This document shows positions 57,101 to 64,000 of a stretch of DNA of 64,000 nucleotides, piece after piece. The position numbers were made by a program, and so were the translations under genes. The notes beneath the pieces were generated by a model that saw only the letters and a program-made list of their open reading frames with translations, had not been told where the DNA came from and searched no databases. Origin of the DNA: an uncultured Eubacteriales bacterium. GTDB lineage: Bacteria; Acidobacteriota; Aminicenantia; Aminicenantales; Saccharicenantaceae. Position 1 is the first letter of the stretch; each line of letters opens with the position of its first letter. The DNA is taken from NCBI GenBank assembly GCA_964525875.1, contig CAZGJS010000002.1:118577-182576 (forward strand). Direction: 5' to 3'.

Positions 57101-57205
57101 GTTCCGGCCGTAATACTGGGCCTGGAGGCCCGGCGCGCCCACGCCGGCCAGGAAGCCCACGAGGCTCAACGCAATTAGGACTCTGGAAAGAGCGGTATGC
57201 CGCAT
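54104..57205 (-). CDS. multidomain surface protein: HExxH metallopeptidase (MA-clan-like) + TolB-like PD40 beta-propeller repeats + C-terminal Omp85/BamA-type beta-barrel
   Basis: Start at [21 protein letters not shown] with GAGGAGG 7 nt upstream, followed by a signal peptide. [10 protein letters not shown]...[11 protein letters not shown] (HExxH...E zincin). PD40-like repeats [56 protein letters not shown]. The C-terminal about 400 aa is a beta-strand-rich barrel ending ...[12 protein letters not shown]. The tracked ORF starts at 57295. Confidence 0.65.
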   Translation of the reverse strand: MRHTALSRVLIALSLVGFLAGVGAPGLQAQYYGRNKVQYQKFDFKIMKTRHYDIYFYLQDEQTVKLAALMAERWYARLSRMFNHELKGRQPLILYGSGPEFQQTTVISEILGEGTGGVTESFKRRIVLPYGASLSETDHVIGHELVHAFQYDIMAQGHSDQARGNEMGLRIPLWFIEGMAEYLSIGPVDQNTSMWMRDAVRRKELPQISKLGNSYKYFPYRWGQAVWAYITGRWGDEVIGKMMKSVGRAGDYEIILEGVLGIKLKQLSADWHKSMQDAYNGLIEKTQAPDKFAKALFKGVESNPYNIAPSISPDGKELVFLSTRDMFSIDLYLADADAGKIRRKIISTAVDPHFESIQFIKSAGSWDATGEKFVFGGVAKGRPVLIILDMKKDKIEREIPFGELAEILSPAWSPDGRYVTFTALTGGVSDLFIYDLKDNVLKQMTRDVFADLQPVWSPDGKTIAFVTERFSTNLDWVDIGNYELALLDVESGRIQKLLGFPNGKNINPQWTADSKGLYFLSDQNGKTDLYRIDIASGQLFQVTNLYTGISGITELSPAISVALNTGRVVFSGYQDSYYTVYSIDDAKVLEGQAFLAQFDRNPALLPPRAEAEGALLGLLKNPLFGLPKDTNFAISAYKPKLALDYVSPASIGIGADRYGTYAAGGVSAFWSDMLGTQTIITTAFTGSQIVDTSGVLAYLNNKGRFNWGSAAQRIVYPYPYYYLFEDEFAGEPAIFEVRDIYRLINYDFSVFGSYPFSQVSRFSLSAGFRIQDFQRTLYTRIYSLVSGGLIAYEKERVPTPPAMSFGYLTAGYYYDSGIFGATSPILGQNIGLSVSPAIGSINFITASADFRKYFMPLRPFTLAFRALHVGRYGKDAEDDRFYPLYIAYWDLVRGYESFSSAELSVYQQDPDNAFDPNRLYGSKMLMGNVELRFPLLGVLGIGKGYFGAWPLEFFGFFDWGIAYAQNPGYWWGGETPEDVKPTFLGGNRKPISSAGIGLRTNLFGYLILGLNYVYPIDRPVRGWHLQLSISPGF

Positions 57206-57553
57206 GGATGTCCTCCTCTGAATACGGACGTATTGTAGCGGAAAAAGACCAAAGCGGGAAATGCCCTCCCGAACGGGAGGCTTTGATGCGAGCATAGGTC
57301 GAAACTCCTTTCGACCCCTTTCCGCCGATATCTTACCGGAAACATCGGGTTTTGTCTATAACGCACTAGGATGCAGCTAAGTTGCTGGCACATGACGCCA
57401 CCCGGGCTGTGATGGGGACCATCCAGAGCCCCCGTAGCGGAGGGGGACCCATCGGCTTGCCGATGGGGGAACCGCCGGGACTGGTTCCCGGGGGGGCCGG
57501 GGGATATGGGTGGTCCCCGTCGCAGCCAAAAGGGGTGGCGTCAAAGGGGCGTG

Positions 57554-57583
57554 TTGACCGAACTGTCCGAATTCCTGTAAGAT
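57554..57583 (+). promoter_or_regulatory. candidate sigma-70 promoter TTGACC-18-TAAGAT upstream of the transporter gene
   Basis: TTGACC at 57554-57559 and TAAGAT at 57578-57583, 14 nt before the ATG at 57598. This implies a very short leader with no clear SD. Confidence 0.35.
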
Positions 57584-57597
57584 GCTGGGCGTTAGGC

Positions 57598-58905
57598 ATG
57601 ACGACACAGATCCTAATCATTCTCGTGGTCATGGTCGCCGCTTATGTCGCGGCCAAGGCCGCCAAGCTGTCCGTCGAGCTGAGCATCTTCGCCTCGGCCC
57701 TGGCCGGCGGCGTCGCCGGCGCTTTCCTCAAGACACCGCCTGTCGCCGACTTGGGGCGCCACCTCGTCGAGGGCTCTTTCACCTACCTCGACGTCATCCT
57801 CGTCTTCTTCACGGCGACGCTCTTCATGACCATCGTCAACGAATCGGGCGGGGTCGTCTACGTCGTCCGAGCGACGCTCCGCGTCTTCGGCGGCAAGAGG
57901 GCCCTCGTCCTGCTCGTCCTGATGGTCATCGTCCTCATCCCCGGCGCCCTGACCGGGGCCGGGAGCGTGTCGCTTCTCGTCGTCGGCGCCCCGGTGGCTA
58001 TGGCTCTCGGCCGCCTCGGCGTCTCCCGCAAGAAGGCGGCCGCCATCCTCTTCATCGTGGCCGGCCTGAGCGCGGCGGCGCCCCCGGTCAACATCTGGGC
58101 CATGATCCTCTGCGCGGGAACGGCCATCCCCTACGTCGGCTTCGAGTTCACCCTGGGCATCCCCGTCCTCATCCTGGGCACGTTCACCGTCCTCGTCCTT
58201 GGCTGGAAGAAGGACCCGGGCGCCGCGGCGGGACCCCTCGAACTGCCGGAGCCGCCGAAGGGCATGACCTGGTGGCGGGTCCTCCTGCCTTTCGCCGTCT
58301 TTTTCGGGCTGGTCATCGCCTACCGGGCCTGGCCCTTCGCGACGCCCATCTTCGGCCTGTCCCTCGAGTTCGCCGTCGCCGGTGCGGCAGCCCTGCTCCT
58401 CAGCCCGAAAAAGATCGCTTTCCTGACGCTGGCCCGGGACACGCTGAAAAGGCTTCTGCCCCTTCTCGCCACCATGGTCGTCGTCGGCATGCTCCAGCAG
58501 GTCATGACCGTGACCGGCGTCCGCGGCCTCGTGTCGTTCGCCGTCATCTCGACGCCCCTCGTCCTCCTCTTCTTTCTTCTTCCGGTCATCATCCCCTTCT
58601 CCGAAGGGATCCTGACCTATGGCGCGGCGGCGATCATCGGCATTCCGCTGATCTGGTTTCTGGATTCGATCGGTTTTCACGCGACCGTCGTCATCGCCGG
58701 GCTGAGCCTCCTCTGGCCCCTCGGCGACGGCCTGCCGCCGACGGCCCTCATCGGCCGGCTGAGCAACATGGTTTCCGGGTACGACGGCTCCTATAAGGAC
58801 TTTCTTAAGGCGACCTGGCTCCCCTGGCTGGTCATCACCGCCGCGGGCATGGCCATGATCATCTTCAGTTCGAAACTGGCCTTCCTGGTCAAATGGAGCA
58901 TGTAG
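57598..58905 (+). CDS. polytopic membrane transporter, ion-transporter-superfamily-like (DctM/YfcC/NhaC-type), family unresolved
   Basis: About 435 aa from the internal ATG (MTTQILIILVVMV). 11-13 hydrophobic helices and Gly/Ala-rich re-entrant-like segments (GAGSVSLLVVGAPVAMALG). The upstream 72 codons of the tracked ORF are GC-rich non-coding sequence. Confidence 0.6.
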   Translation: MTTQILIILVVMVAAYVAAKAAKLSVELSIFASALAGGVAGAFLKTPPVADLGRHLVEGSFTYLDVILVFFTATLFMTIVNESGGVVYVVRATLRVFGGKRALVLLVLMVIVLIPGALTGAGSVSLLVVGAPVAMALGRLGVSRKKAAAILFIVAGLSAAAPPVNIWAMILCAGTAIPYVGFEFTLGIPVLILGTFTVLVLGWKKDPGAAAGPLELPEPPKGMTWWRVLLPFAVFFGLVIAYRAWPFATPIFGLSLEFAVAGAAALLLSPKKIAFLTLARDTLKRLLPLLATMVVVGMLQQVMTVTGVRGLVSFAVISTPLVLLFFLLPVIIPFSEGILTYGAAAIIGIPLIWFLDSIGFHATVVIAGLSLLWPLGDGLPPTALIGRLSNMVSGYDGSYKDFLKATWLPWLVITAAGMAMIIFSSKLAFLVKWSM

Positions 58906-58924
58906 CGAGGCGAAGGACGCACCG

Positions 58925-59074
58925 ATGATCATGATCGCCTATTACGTCATCACGGCCTTCATCCTCTTCCTCACTGGCTGGAACTTCGTCCGGGAGAAGA
59001 AGAGCCGTGACGACCTCGTCCTCTACATCCTGGTCATGATTCCCCTCCTCCTGAGGCTCCTGAGGATGAAATGA
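58925..59074 (+). CDS. 49-aa single-TM micro-protein (not in ORF track)
   Basis: MIMIAYYVITAFILFLTGWNFVREKKSRDDLVLYILVMIPLLLRLLRMK. Its stop overlaps the ATG of the next gene (ATGA). It lies 20 nt after the transporter stop. Confidence 0.35.
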   Translation: MIMIAYYVITAFILFLTGWNFVREKKSRDDLVLYILVMIPLLLRLLRMK

Positions 59075-60249
59075 AAGACGACGGCATGAAACGGGAAGTT
59101 CTGTTCAAAGCCATTCTGGCAGGCGCTTTCCTCGGCCTCGTGCTCTGGGGCGGCCTGCCGCTTTTCCGTCACAGGCATTACGATGTCCCCATCATCAAAG
59201 GCCCTGGCGTTACCGCGGTCCTCCGCCTGAGCGATTTCTCTCCGAGGCTCAAGGGGACAGAGGGCGACACGTATGTTTTCGTCCTTCAGGGAAAAGAGCC
59301 CGGCGGCAAGGCCCTGATCATGGGCAACACCCACTCGAACGAACCCGAGGGCATGCTCACCGCCCTCGTCTTCATCGAGAACGCCGTCGTCGATAAAGGA
59401 ACTCTCTACGTCATCCCCTTCTTCAACAACAGCGGCAGCCGCAACACGCGCCCGGGCGACGGCTACCCGCTTTACTTCGACGTCCCGACGGACTGGGGCT
59501 CGCGGCGGTTCCGTTACGGCAACCGCGACGCCTCCCCGCTCGACCAGTGGCCCGACCCGGACGCCTACATCCACTACCCTGACCGGCAGCTCCTCTCGTT
59601 CATCGACGTCCGCAACACCAACCGGACCTGGCCGGGACGGCCGGACGGCCCCCTCATGGAACGGGTGACCTACGGGGCCATGGAGCTCATGCGCCGCGAC
59701 AAGATCGACGTGGCTGTCGACATCCACGGCGCGGAGACGATGTTCCCGGTGACGAACTGCATCGTCGCCCCGGAAAGATCGGTCAAGATCGCGACCCTGG
59801 CCTCAATGACCGTCAAGGCCATGGAGGGGTTCGAGAACCACGTCGAGCCGTCGCCGGCCGGTTTCCGCGGCCTCTCCCACCGGGAGATCGGTGACCACTC
59901 GGACGCCATGCCCTTCCTTCTCGAGGCTCCCATCCCCTTCCTCGACCAGCCCACCGGGCCGAAGACGACGAAGTTCCTTCTCGATGGCAAGGACCCGTTC
60001 CTGCTCAGCCTGTCCAGGAAGAAAAAACTCTTCGTCCCCTATGACGAGAGCGGCTGGCCGCTCGAAAAAAGGGTCGGCCAGAACCTGTCGGTGACCCTCG
60101 AGATATTCCGTCAATTTTCCAAGAAGACGGCTGACCGGCCCATCGTCCTCCGGGGCGTCCCCCGCTACGCCGACGTCGTCAAGAACGGCGTCGGCCGCTA
60201 TCTCGGCGACCCGGCTAAGGCCGCGGCGGGCACCGTCGTCATGAATTGA
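59071..60249 (+). CDS. membrane-anchored succinylglutamate desuccinylase/aspartoacylase (AstE/AspA) family zinc hydrolase
   Basis: N-terminal TM (VLFKAILAGAFLGLVLWGGL), then LIMGNTHSNEPEG (H-x-x-E zinc site of the AstE/AspA/M14-like fold) and a later DIHGAE motif. Confidence 0.65.
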   Translation: MKDDGMKREVLFKAILAGAFLGLVLWGGLPLFRHRHYDVPIIKGPGVTAVLRLSDFSPRLKGTEGDTYVFVLQGKEPGGKALIMGNTHSNEPEGMLTALVFIENAVVDKGTLYVIPFFNNSGSRNTRPGDGYPLYFDVPTDWGSRRFRYGNRDASPLDQWPDPDAYIHYPDRQLLSFIDVRNTNRTWPGRPDGPLMERVTYGAMELMRRDKIDVAVDIHGAETMFPVTNCIVAPERSVKIATLASMTVKAMEGFENHVEPSPAGFRGLSHREIGDHSDAMPFLLEAPIPFLDQPTGPKTTKFLLDGKDPFLLSLSRKKKLFVPYDESGWPLEKRVGQNLSVTLEIFRQFSKKTADRPIVLRGVPRYADVVKNGVGRYLGDPAKAAAGTVVMN

Positions 60250-60283
60250 GCGGGATCGGCTGCTCTCCAAGCCGCCCCGAGAG

Positions 60284-62017
60284 GTGTTCAAGATGTTCGA
60301 CAAGAAAAGGATTCACGGCGTCCTGGCCCTCGCCGCCGTCCTCTTGTTCGCAGGCGGGCTGAGCCTGGACCTCGGCCATAACCCGGCTTCCGGCCCCGCC
60401 CTCGACAAGACGGCGGAAGCCTGCACGGTCATCATGGTCGGCCGCGAGGCCTCGACCGACGGCTCGGTCATGAGCACGCACGCCGCCGACTGCGGCGTCT
60501 GTGACTTCACCTGGAGGCATGTCCCGGCCGCCGCCCATAAGCCGGGCTCCACGAGAAAGCTCTACCACATCGACCAGATCCGGACCTGGCCGCCCTCCGA
60601 GGGTCTCAAGTGGGACATGGTCCTCAAGGACTTCACCGGAGTCGAGATCCCGCAGGTGTCGCACACCTACGGCTACCACCACTCCGTCTTCGGCTACATG
60701 AATGACCAGCAGCTGGCCATTGCCGAATCGACCATCAGCAACGTCCGCAAGCTCTCAAACCCCACGCCGACCCCTGCTCTGAACATCTCCATGCTGACCC
60801 TCCTGGCCATGGAACGGGGCCGGACGGCCCGCGAGGCCATCACGCTCATGGGCGCGCTGGCCGAGGAGTACGGTTATGGCTACCACGACGGCGGCGAGAT
60901 GCTGGCCGTCTCCGATGCGAAGGAGATCTGGGTTTTCGAGATCATGCCGGTCGGCCCGCTGTGGACGCCTAAGTCGGGAAAGCCAGGGGCGGTCTGGGCG
61001 GCCCAACGGGTTCCGGACGACCACGTCTCCGTCTGTCCTAACGAGGCGCGCATCGGGGAAATGGACCTCGCCAATTCAGACTATTTCATGTCCTCGGCGC
61101 ACGTTGTGACTTACGCCGTCGAGGCCGGGCTCTACGACCCGAAAATTGGTAAACCCTTCAGCTGGAAGAAAGCGTATTCGCCTGCCGAGGGGAGTGCGCT
61201 CAGCACCGAGGGCCGCCGCTCCCGCATGTGGCGTTTCTTCGACCTCGTCGCCCCCTCCCAGAAGTTCAAGGTCGAATTGCCCAACATGGACTTCCCCTTC
61301 TCCGTCAAACCCGACGCCAAGCTCTCGGTCCGGGACGTCATGGCCCTGACCCGCGATAAATCCCAGGGCTCGGTTTTCGATCCCGTCCGGGGGCTCCGAG
61401 GCGGCCCCTTCAAGAACCCGAACTATTACAAGGGCACGCGCCTCATCAGCGTCCCCAACGTCGAGTATACGACCCTGACCCAGTGCCGCTCGTGGCTTCC
61501 CGACCCGGTCGGAGGCATCGTCTGGGTCGCCCTCGGCGCCCAGGACACGTCCTGCTACGTCCCGTTCTACGCCGGGGCGACCGAGATCCCCAAGTCCTTC
61601 GGCATCGGCGACCACTTCGTCCTCAACCGGGACTCCGCCCGCTGGGCCTTCGACTACGTCGACTTCCACGTCCAGGTCGCCTACAACGCCGCCGTCGAGG
61701 ACGTCAAGGCGGCCCGGAAAACCTGGGAGGACGGCGCTCTCGACCGCGTCCCCGAGATCGACGCCCGGGCGGCCGAGCTCTACAAGAAGAATCCCAAGGA
61801 GGCCGTCCGCTTTCTCACCGACTTCAGCCTGAGCAACGCGACGAGCGTGGTCGGCGCCTGGTGGAAGCTCGGCGACGACCTCTGGGTGAAATACAACCAC
61901 CTCGGCCTCTACGACGCCGAGAAGCGGTCGAGCGGCCGCATCCCCACGGCCAACCCGGAGTGGTGGAACAGGGCCGTCAAGGCCTTCGACGTCCTGACGG
62001 AACCGGAAAAGAAGTAG
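60284..62017 (+). CDS. peptidase C69 family dipeptidase (Ntn-hydrolase, secreted), copy 1
   Basis: Signal peptide then AEACTVIMVGREASTDGSVM (nucleophile Cys exposed after processing). 577 aa. Shares about 75% identity with the next gene. Confidence 0.8.
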   Translation: MFKMFDKKRIHGVLALAAVLLFAGGLSLDLGHNPASGPALDKTAEACTVIMVGREASTDGSVMSTHAADCGVCDFTWRHVPAAAHKPGSTRKLYHIDQIRTWPPSEGLKWDMVLKDFTGVEIPQVSHTYGYHHSVFGYMNDQQLAIAESTISNVRKLSNPTPTPALNISMLTLLAMERGRTAREAITLMGALAEEYGYGYHDGGEMLAVSDAKEIWVFEIMPVGPLWTPKSGKPGAVWAAQRVPDDHVSVCPNEARIGEMDLANSDYFMSSAHVVTYAVEAGLYDPKIGKPFSWKKAYSPAEGSALSTEGRRSRMWRFFDLVAPSQKFKVELPNMDFPFSVKPDAKLSVRDVMALTRDKSQGSVFDPVRGLRGGPFKNPNYYKGTRLISVPNVEYTTLTQCRSWLPDPVGGIVWVALGAQDTSCYVPFYAGATEIPKSFGIGDHFVLNRDSARWAFDYVDFHVQVAYNAAVEDVKAARKTWEDGALDRVPEIDARAAELYKKNPKEAVRFLTDFSLSNATSVVGAWWKLGDDLWVKYNHLGLYDAEKRSSGRIPTANPEWWNRAVKAFDVLTEPEKK

Positions 62018-62045
62018 CGGTATTCTTGAAAGATAGGAGGGCATC

Positions 62046-63770
62046 ATGAACAGGAAACGACTCATCGCCGTCGGCGGGACACTCGTCCTGGCCGTCGTCC
62101 TGGCCGGCCTCATTTCGACGGCCGGGAGCCAGGCCCTGGCCGGCCTCGACGACATCGTCCTCGCCGGCGAAGCGTGCACGTCCATCCTCGTCGGCAAGGA
62201 CGCCTCGACGGACGGCTCCGTCATGACGACGCACACCTGCGACTGCGGCACGTGCGACTGGACCTGGCGTCACGTCCCGGCCGCCGACCACAAGCCCGGC
62301 TCGACCCGAAAGATCTACCATATCTCGCAGTACAAGACCTGGCCGCCGTCGGAGGGCCTCAAGTGGGACCTCTACAAGAAGGACTTCGCCGGTCTCGAGA
62401 TCCCCGAAGTCCCCCGAACCTACGCCTACCACCACGGCATGTTCGGCTACATGAACGAGAAGCAGGTTTCGATCGGCGAATCGACCATCGGCTGTCAGCG
62501 CAAGATGCAAAACCCAACGCCGGCGGCCAAGCTCGACCTGACCATGCTGACGCTGCTGGGGATGGAACGAGGCGGCACGGCTCGCGAGGCCATCCAGGTC
62601 ATGGGCTCTCTCGCCGAAAAGTACGGCTACGGCTTCCATGACGACGGCGAGATGCTGGCCGTGGCCGATACGAAGGAGGCCTGGATCTTTGAGATCATGC
62701 CCGCGGGACCCCTGTGGACCCCGGAGAGCGGCAAGCCCGGCGCCGTCTGGTGCGCCCAGCGCGTCCCCGACGATCACGTCAGCGTCTGCCCCAACGAATC
62801 GCGCATCGGCGAGATCGACCTCGACAACAAGGACTTCTTCATGGCCTCGTCGAATGTCGTCTCGCTGGCCGTCGACATGGGCTACTACGACCCGAAGGGC
62901 GGCAAGCCCTTCAACTGGAAGAGGGCCTACTCCCCGGTCGAGGGCAGCGCGGCCGGCACCAACGGCCGGATCCAGAGGCTGTGGCGCTTCTTCGATATCG
63001 TCGCCCCGTCCAAGAAGTTCAAGCCCGAGACGCCTAACATGGACCTGCCGTTCTCGGTGAAACCCGACGCCAAGGTTTCCGTCCAGGACGTCATGAACAT
63101 GACCCGGGACCGGAGTTACGGGACGCCCTTCGACCCGGTCATGGGCATCCGCGGCGGGCCGTTCAAGAACCCCAACTACTACCGCGGGACGCGGGTCATC
63201 GACCACGGCCTGGCCGAGTACTCAACGGTCACCCAAAGCAGGACCGGCCTGCCCGACGCGATCGGCGGCATCGTCTGGATCGCCTTCGGCTCCCAGGACA
63301 CATCCTGCTACATGCCGCTTTACGCCGGAATGACCGAGATGCCCAAGTCCTTCATGGTCGGAGACCATTGGACCTTCAGTCGGGATTCGGTCCGCTGGGC
63401 CTTCGACTACACCGATTTCCACGTCCAGGTCGCCTACTCCGAGGCCATCAAGGACGTCATGGCGGCCCAGGCCAAATACGAAGGGGAAACGATCGCCCGC
63501 ATCCCGGAGATCGACCAGCAGGCCCTGGCCCTCTACAAAAAGAAACCGGCCAAGGCAGCCGAGTTCCTGACAGGGTTCGCGCTCAATAACGTCACGACGG
63601 TCGTCAACGCCTGGTGGAAGCTCGGCGACGACCTCCTCGTCAAGTACAACCGGCTCTACCTCTACAACGCCGAGAAACGGGGCTTCTCCCGCGGCCAGCC
63701 GGCGACTCCCGACTGGTGGAAGAAGGCCGTTCGGGCGTTCGACATTCTCATGGAACCCGAGAAGAAGTAG
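62046..63770 (+). CDS. peptidase C69 family dipeptidase, copy 2 (tandem paralog)
   Basis: AGGAGG RBS, signal peptide, then GEACTSILVGKDASTDGSVM. Colinear with copy 1 over the full length. Confidence 0.8.
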   Translation: MNRKRLIAVGGTLVLAVVLAGLISTAGSQALAGLDDIVLAGEACTSILVGKDASTDGSVMTTHTCDCGTCDWTWRHVPAADHKPGSTRKIYHISQYKTWPPSEGLKWDLYKKDFAGLEIPEVPRTYAYHHGMFGYMNEKQVSIGESTIGCQRKMQNPTPAAKLDLTMLTLLGMERGGTAREAIQVMGSLAEKYGYGFHDDGEMLAVADTKEAWIFEIMPAGPLWTPESGKPGAVWCAQRVPDDHVSVCPNESRIGEIDLDNKDFFMASSNVVSLAVDMGYYDPKGGKPFNWKRAYSPVEGSAAGTNGRIQRLWRFFDIVAPSKKFKPETPNMDLPFSVKPDAKVSVQDVMNMTRDRSYGTPFDPVMGIRGGPFKNPNYYRGTRVIDHGLAEYSTVTQSRTGLPDAIGGIVWIAFGSQDTSCYMPLYAGMTEMPKSFMVGDHWTFSRDSVRWAFDYTDFHVQVAYSEAIKDVMAAQAKYEGETIARIPEIDQQALALYKKKPAKAAEFLTGFALNNVTTVVNAWWKLGDDLLVKYNRLYLYNAEKRGFSRGQPATPDWWKKAVRAFDILMEPEKK

Positions 63771-63797
63771 CGGAAATCGATCGGAAGGAGACCGAAT

Positions 63798-64000
63798 ATG
63801 AAAACGAAAACCCTATTGGGCCTGGCCGCGGGCGCGGTCCTCGGCTTGTCCCTGCTCATCGCCGCACAAACGATCCCCAAGGCCGGCCTGCCCGTGCTGA
63901 CAACCTCGGCCGGCCAGAGCACGGACGTCACGACCCTCAACATCGTCCTCGACGAAGCGGCCATCGCCTACGACTACTGCGATGTCCCGACCTCCGAGAT
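63798..64000 (+). CDS. secreted hypothetical protein, 3'-truncated by window edge
   Basis: GGAAGGAG RBS, ATG, then signal peptide MKTKTLLGLAAGAVLGLSLLIAAQT. Only 67 codons are visible. Confidence 0.4.
   Translation, partial: MKTKTLLGLAAGAVLGLSLLIAAQTIPKAGLPVLTTSAGQSTDVTTLNIVLDEAAIAYDYCDVPTSE

Overview
This is a GC-rich (by eye about 65%) bacterial chromosomal segment that is densely coding and shows many 4-nt ATGA start/stop overlaps. I saw no CRISPR array, IS element, integrase, rRNA, or obvious phage or defence genes. The confident features are listed below.

- **Respiratory and housekeeping genes:** the 3' end of a complex I operon (nuoL partial, nuoM, nuoN), a dnaX-ybaB-recR block immediately followed by a single-chain pyruvate:ferredoxin oxidoreductase, tadA, hflK-hflC, and mscL.
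- **RNA genes:** an RNase P RNA (rnpB, minus strand, about 6843-7225) and two tRNA-Ser genes (anticodons GGA and CGA).
- **Ornithine aminotransferase (rocD):** sits directly downstream of the two tRNA-Ser genes on the same strand.
- **Regulator:** an orphan sigma-54 (NtrC-type) response regulator whose ORF runs into rnpB.
- **Secreted and surface peptidases:** a secreted M16-M16-M29 peptidase operon and a gamma-glutamyltransferase. There is also a locus of transporter, micro-protein, membrane-anchored AstE/AspA-family hydrolase and two tandem paralogous C69 dipeptidases.
- **Surface metalloprotease fusion:** a 1033-aa protein with an HExxH metalloprotease domain, TolB-like beta-propeller repeats and an Omp85-type C-terminal beta-barrel.
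- **Amino-acid catabolism:** saccharopine dehydrogenase family, D-cysteine desulfhydrase/ACC deaminase family, and a heterodimeric sarcosine-oxidase/proline-dehydrogenase-like flavoenzyme with extra Fe-S domains.
- **Carbohydrate loci:** a GH20 hexosaminidase translationally coupled to a CBM9-like protein and a FecBCD-type ABC importer. There is also a Gfo/Idh/MocA oxidoreductase followed by a secreted TIM-barrel::DUF1080 fusion and an NHS-family MFS transporter (3-keto-glycoside-type pathway).
- **Proteins of unknown function:** a Trp-rich repeat lipoprotein with a Lys/Glu-rich tail, a BNR/sortilin-like propeller protein, DUF2207 and DUF4342 proteins, a PilZ protein, and several decayed gene remnants.

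Most long ORFs on the strand opposite these genes are GC-driven frame artefacts. Any lineage assignment (Acidobacteriota- or Aminicenantes-like gene content) would be inference only.
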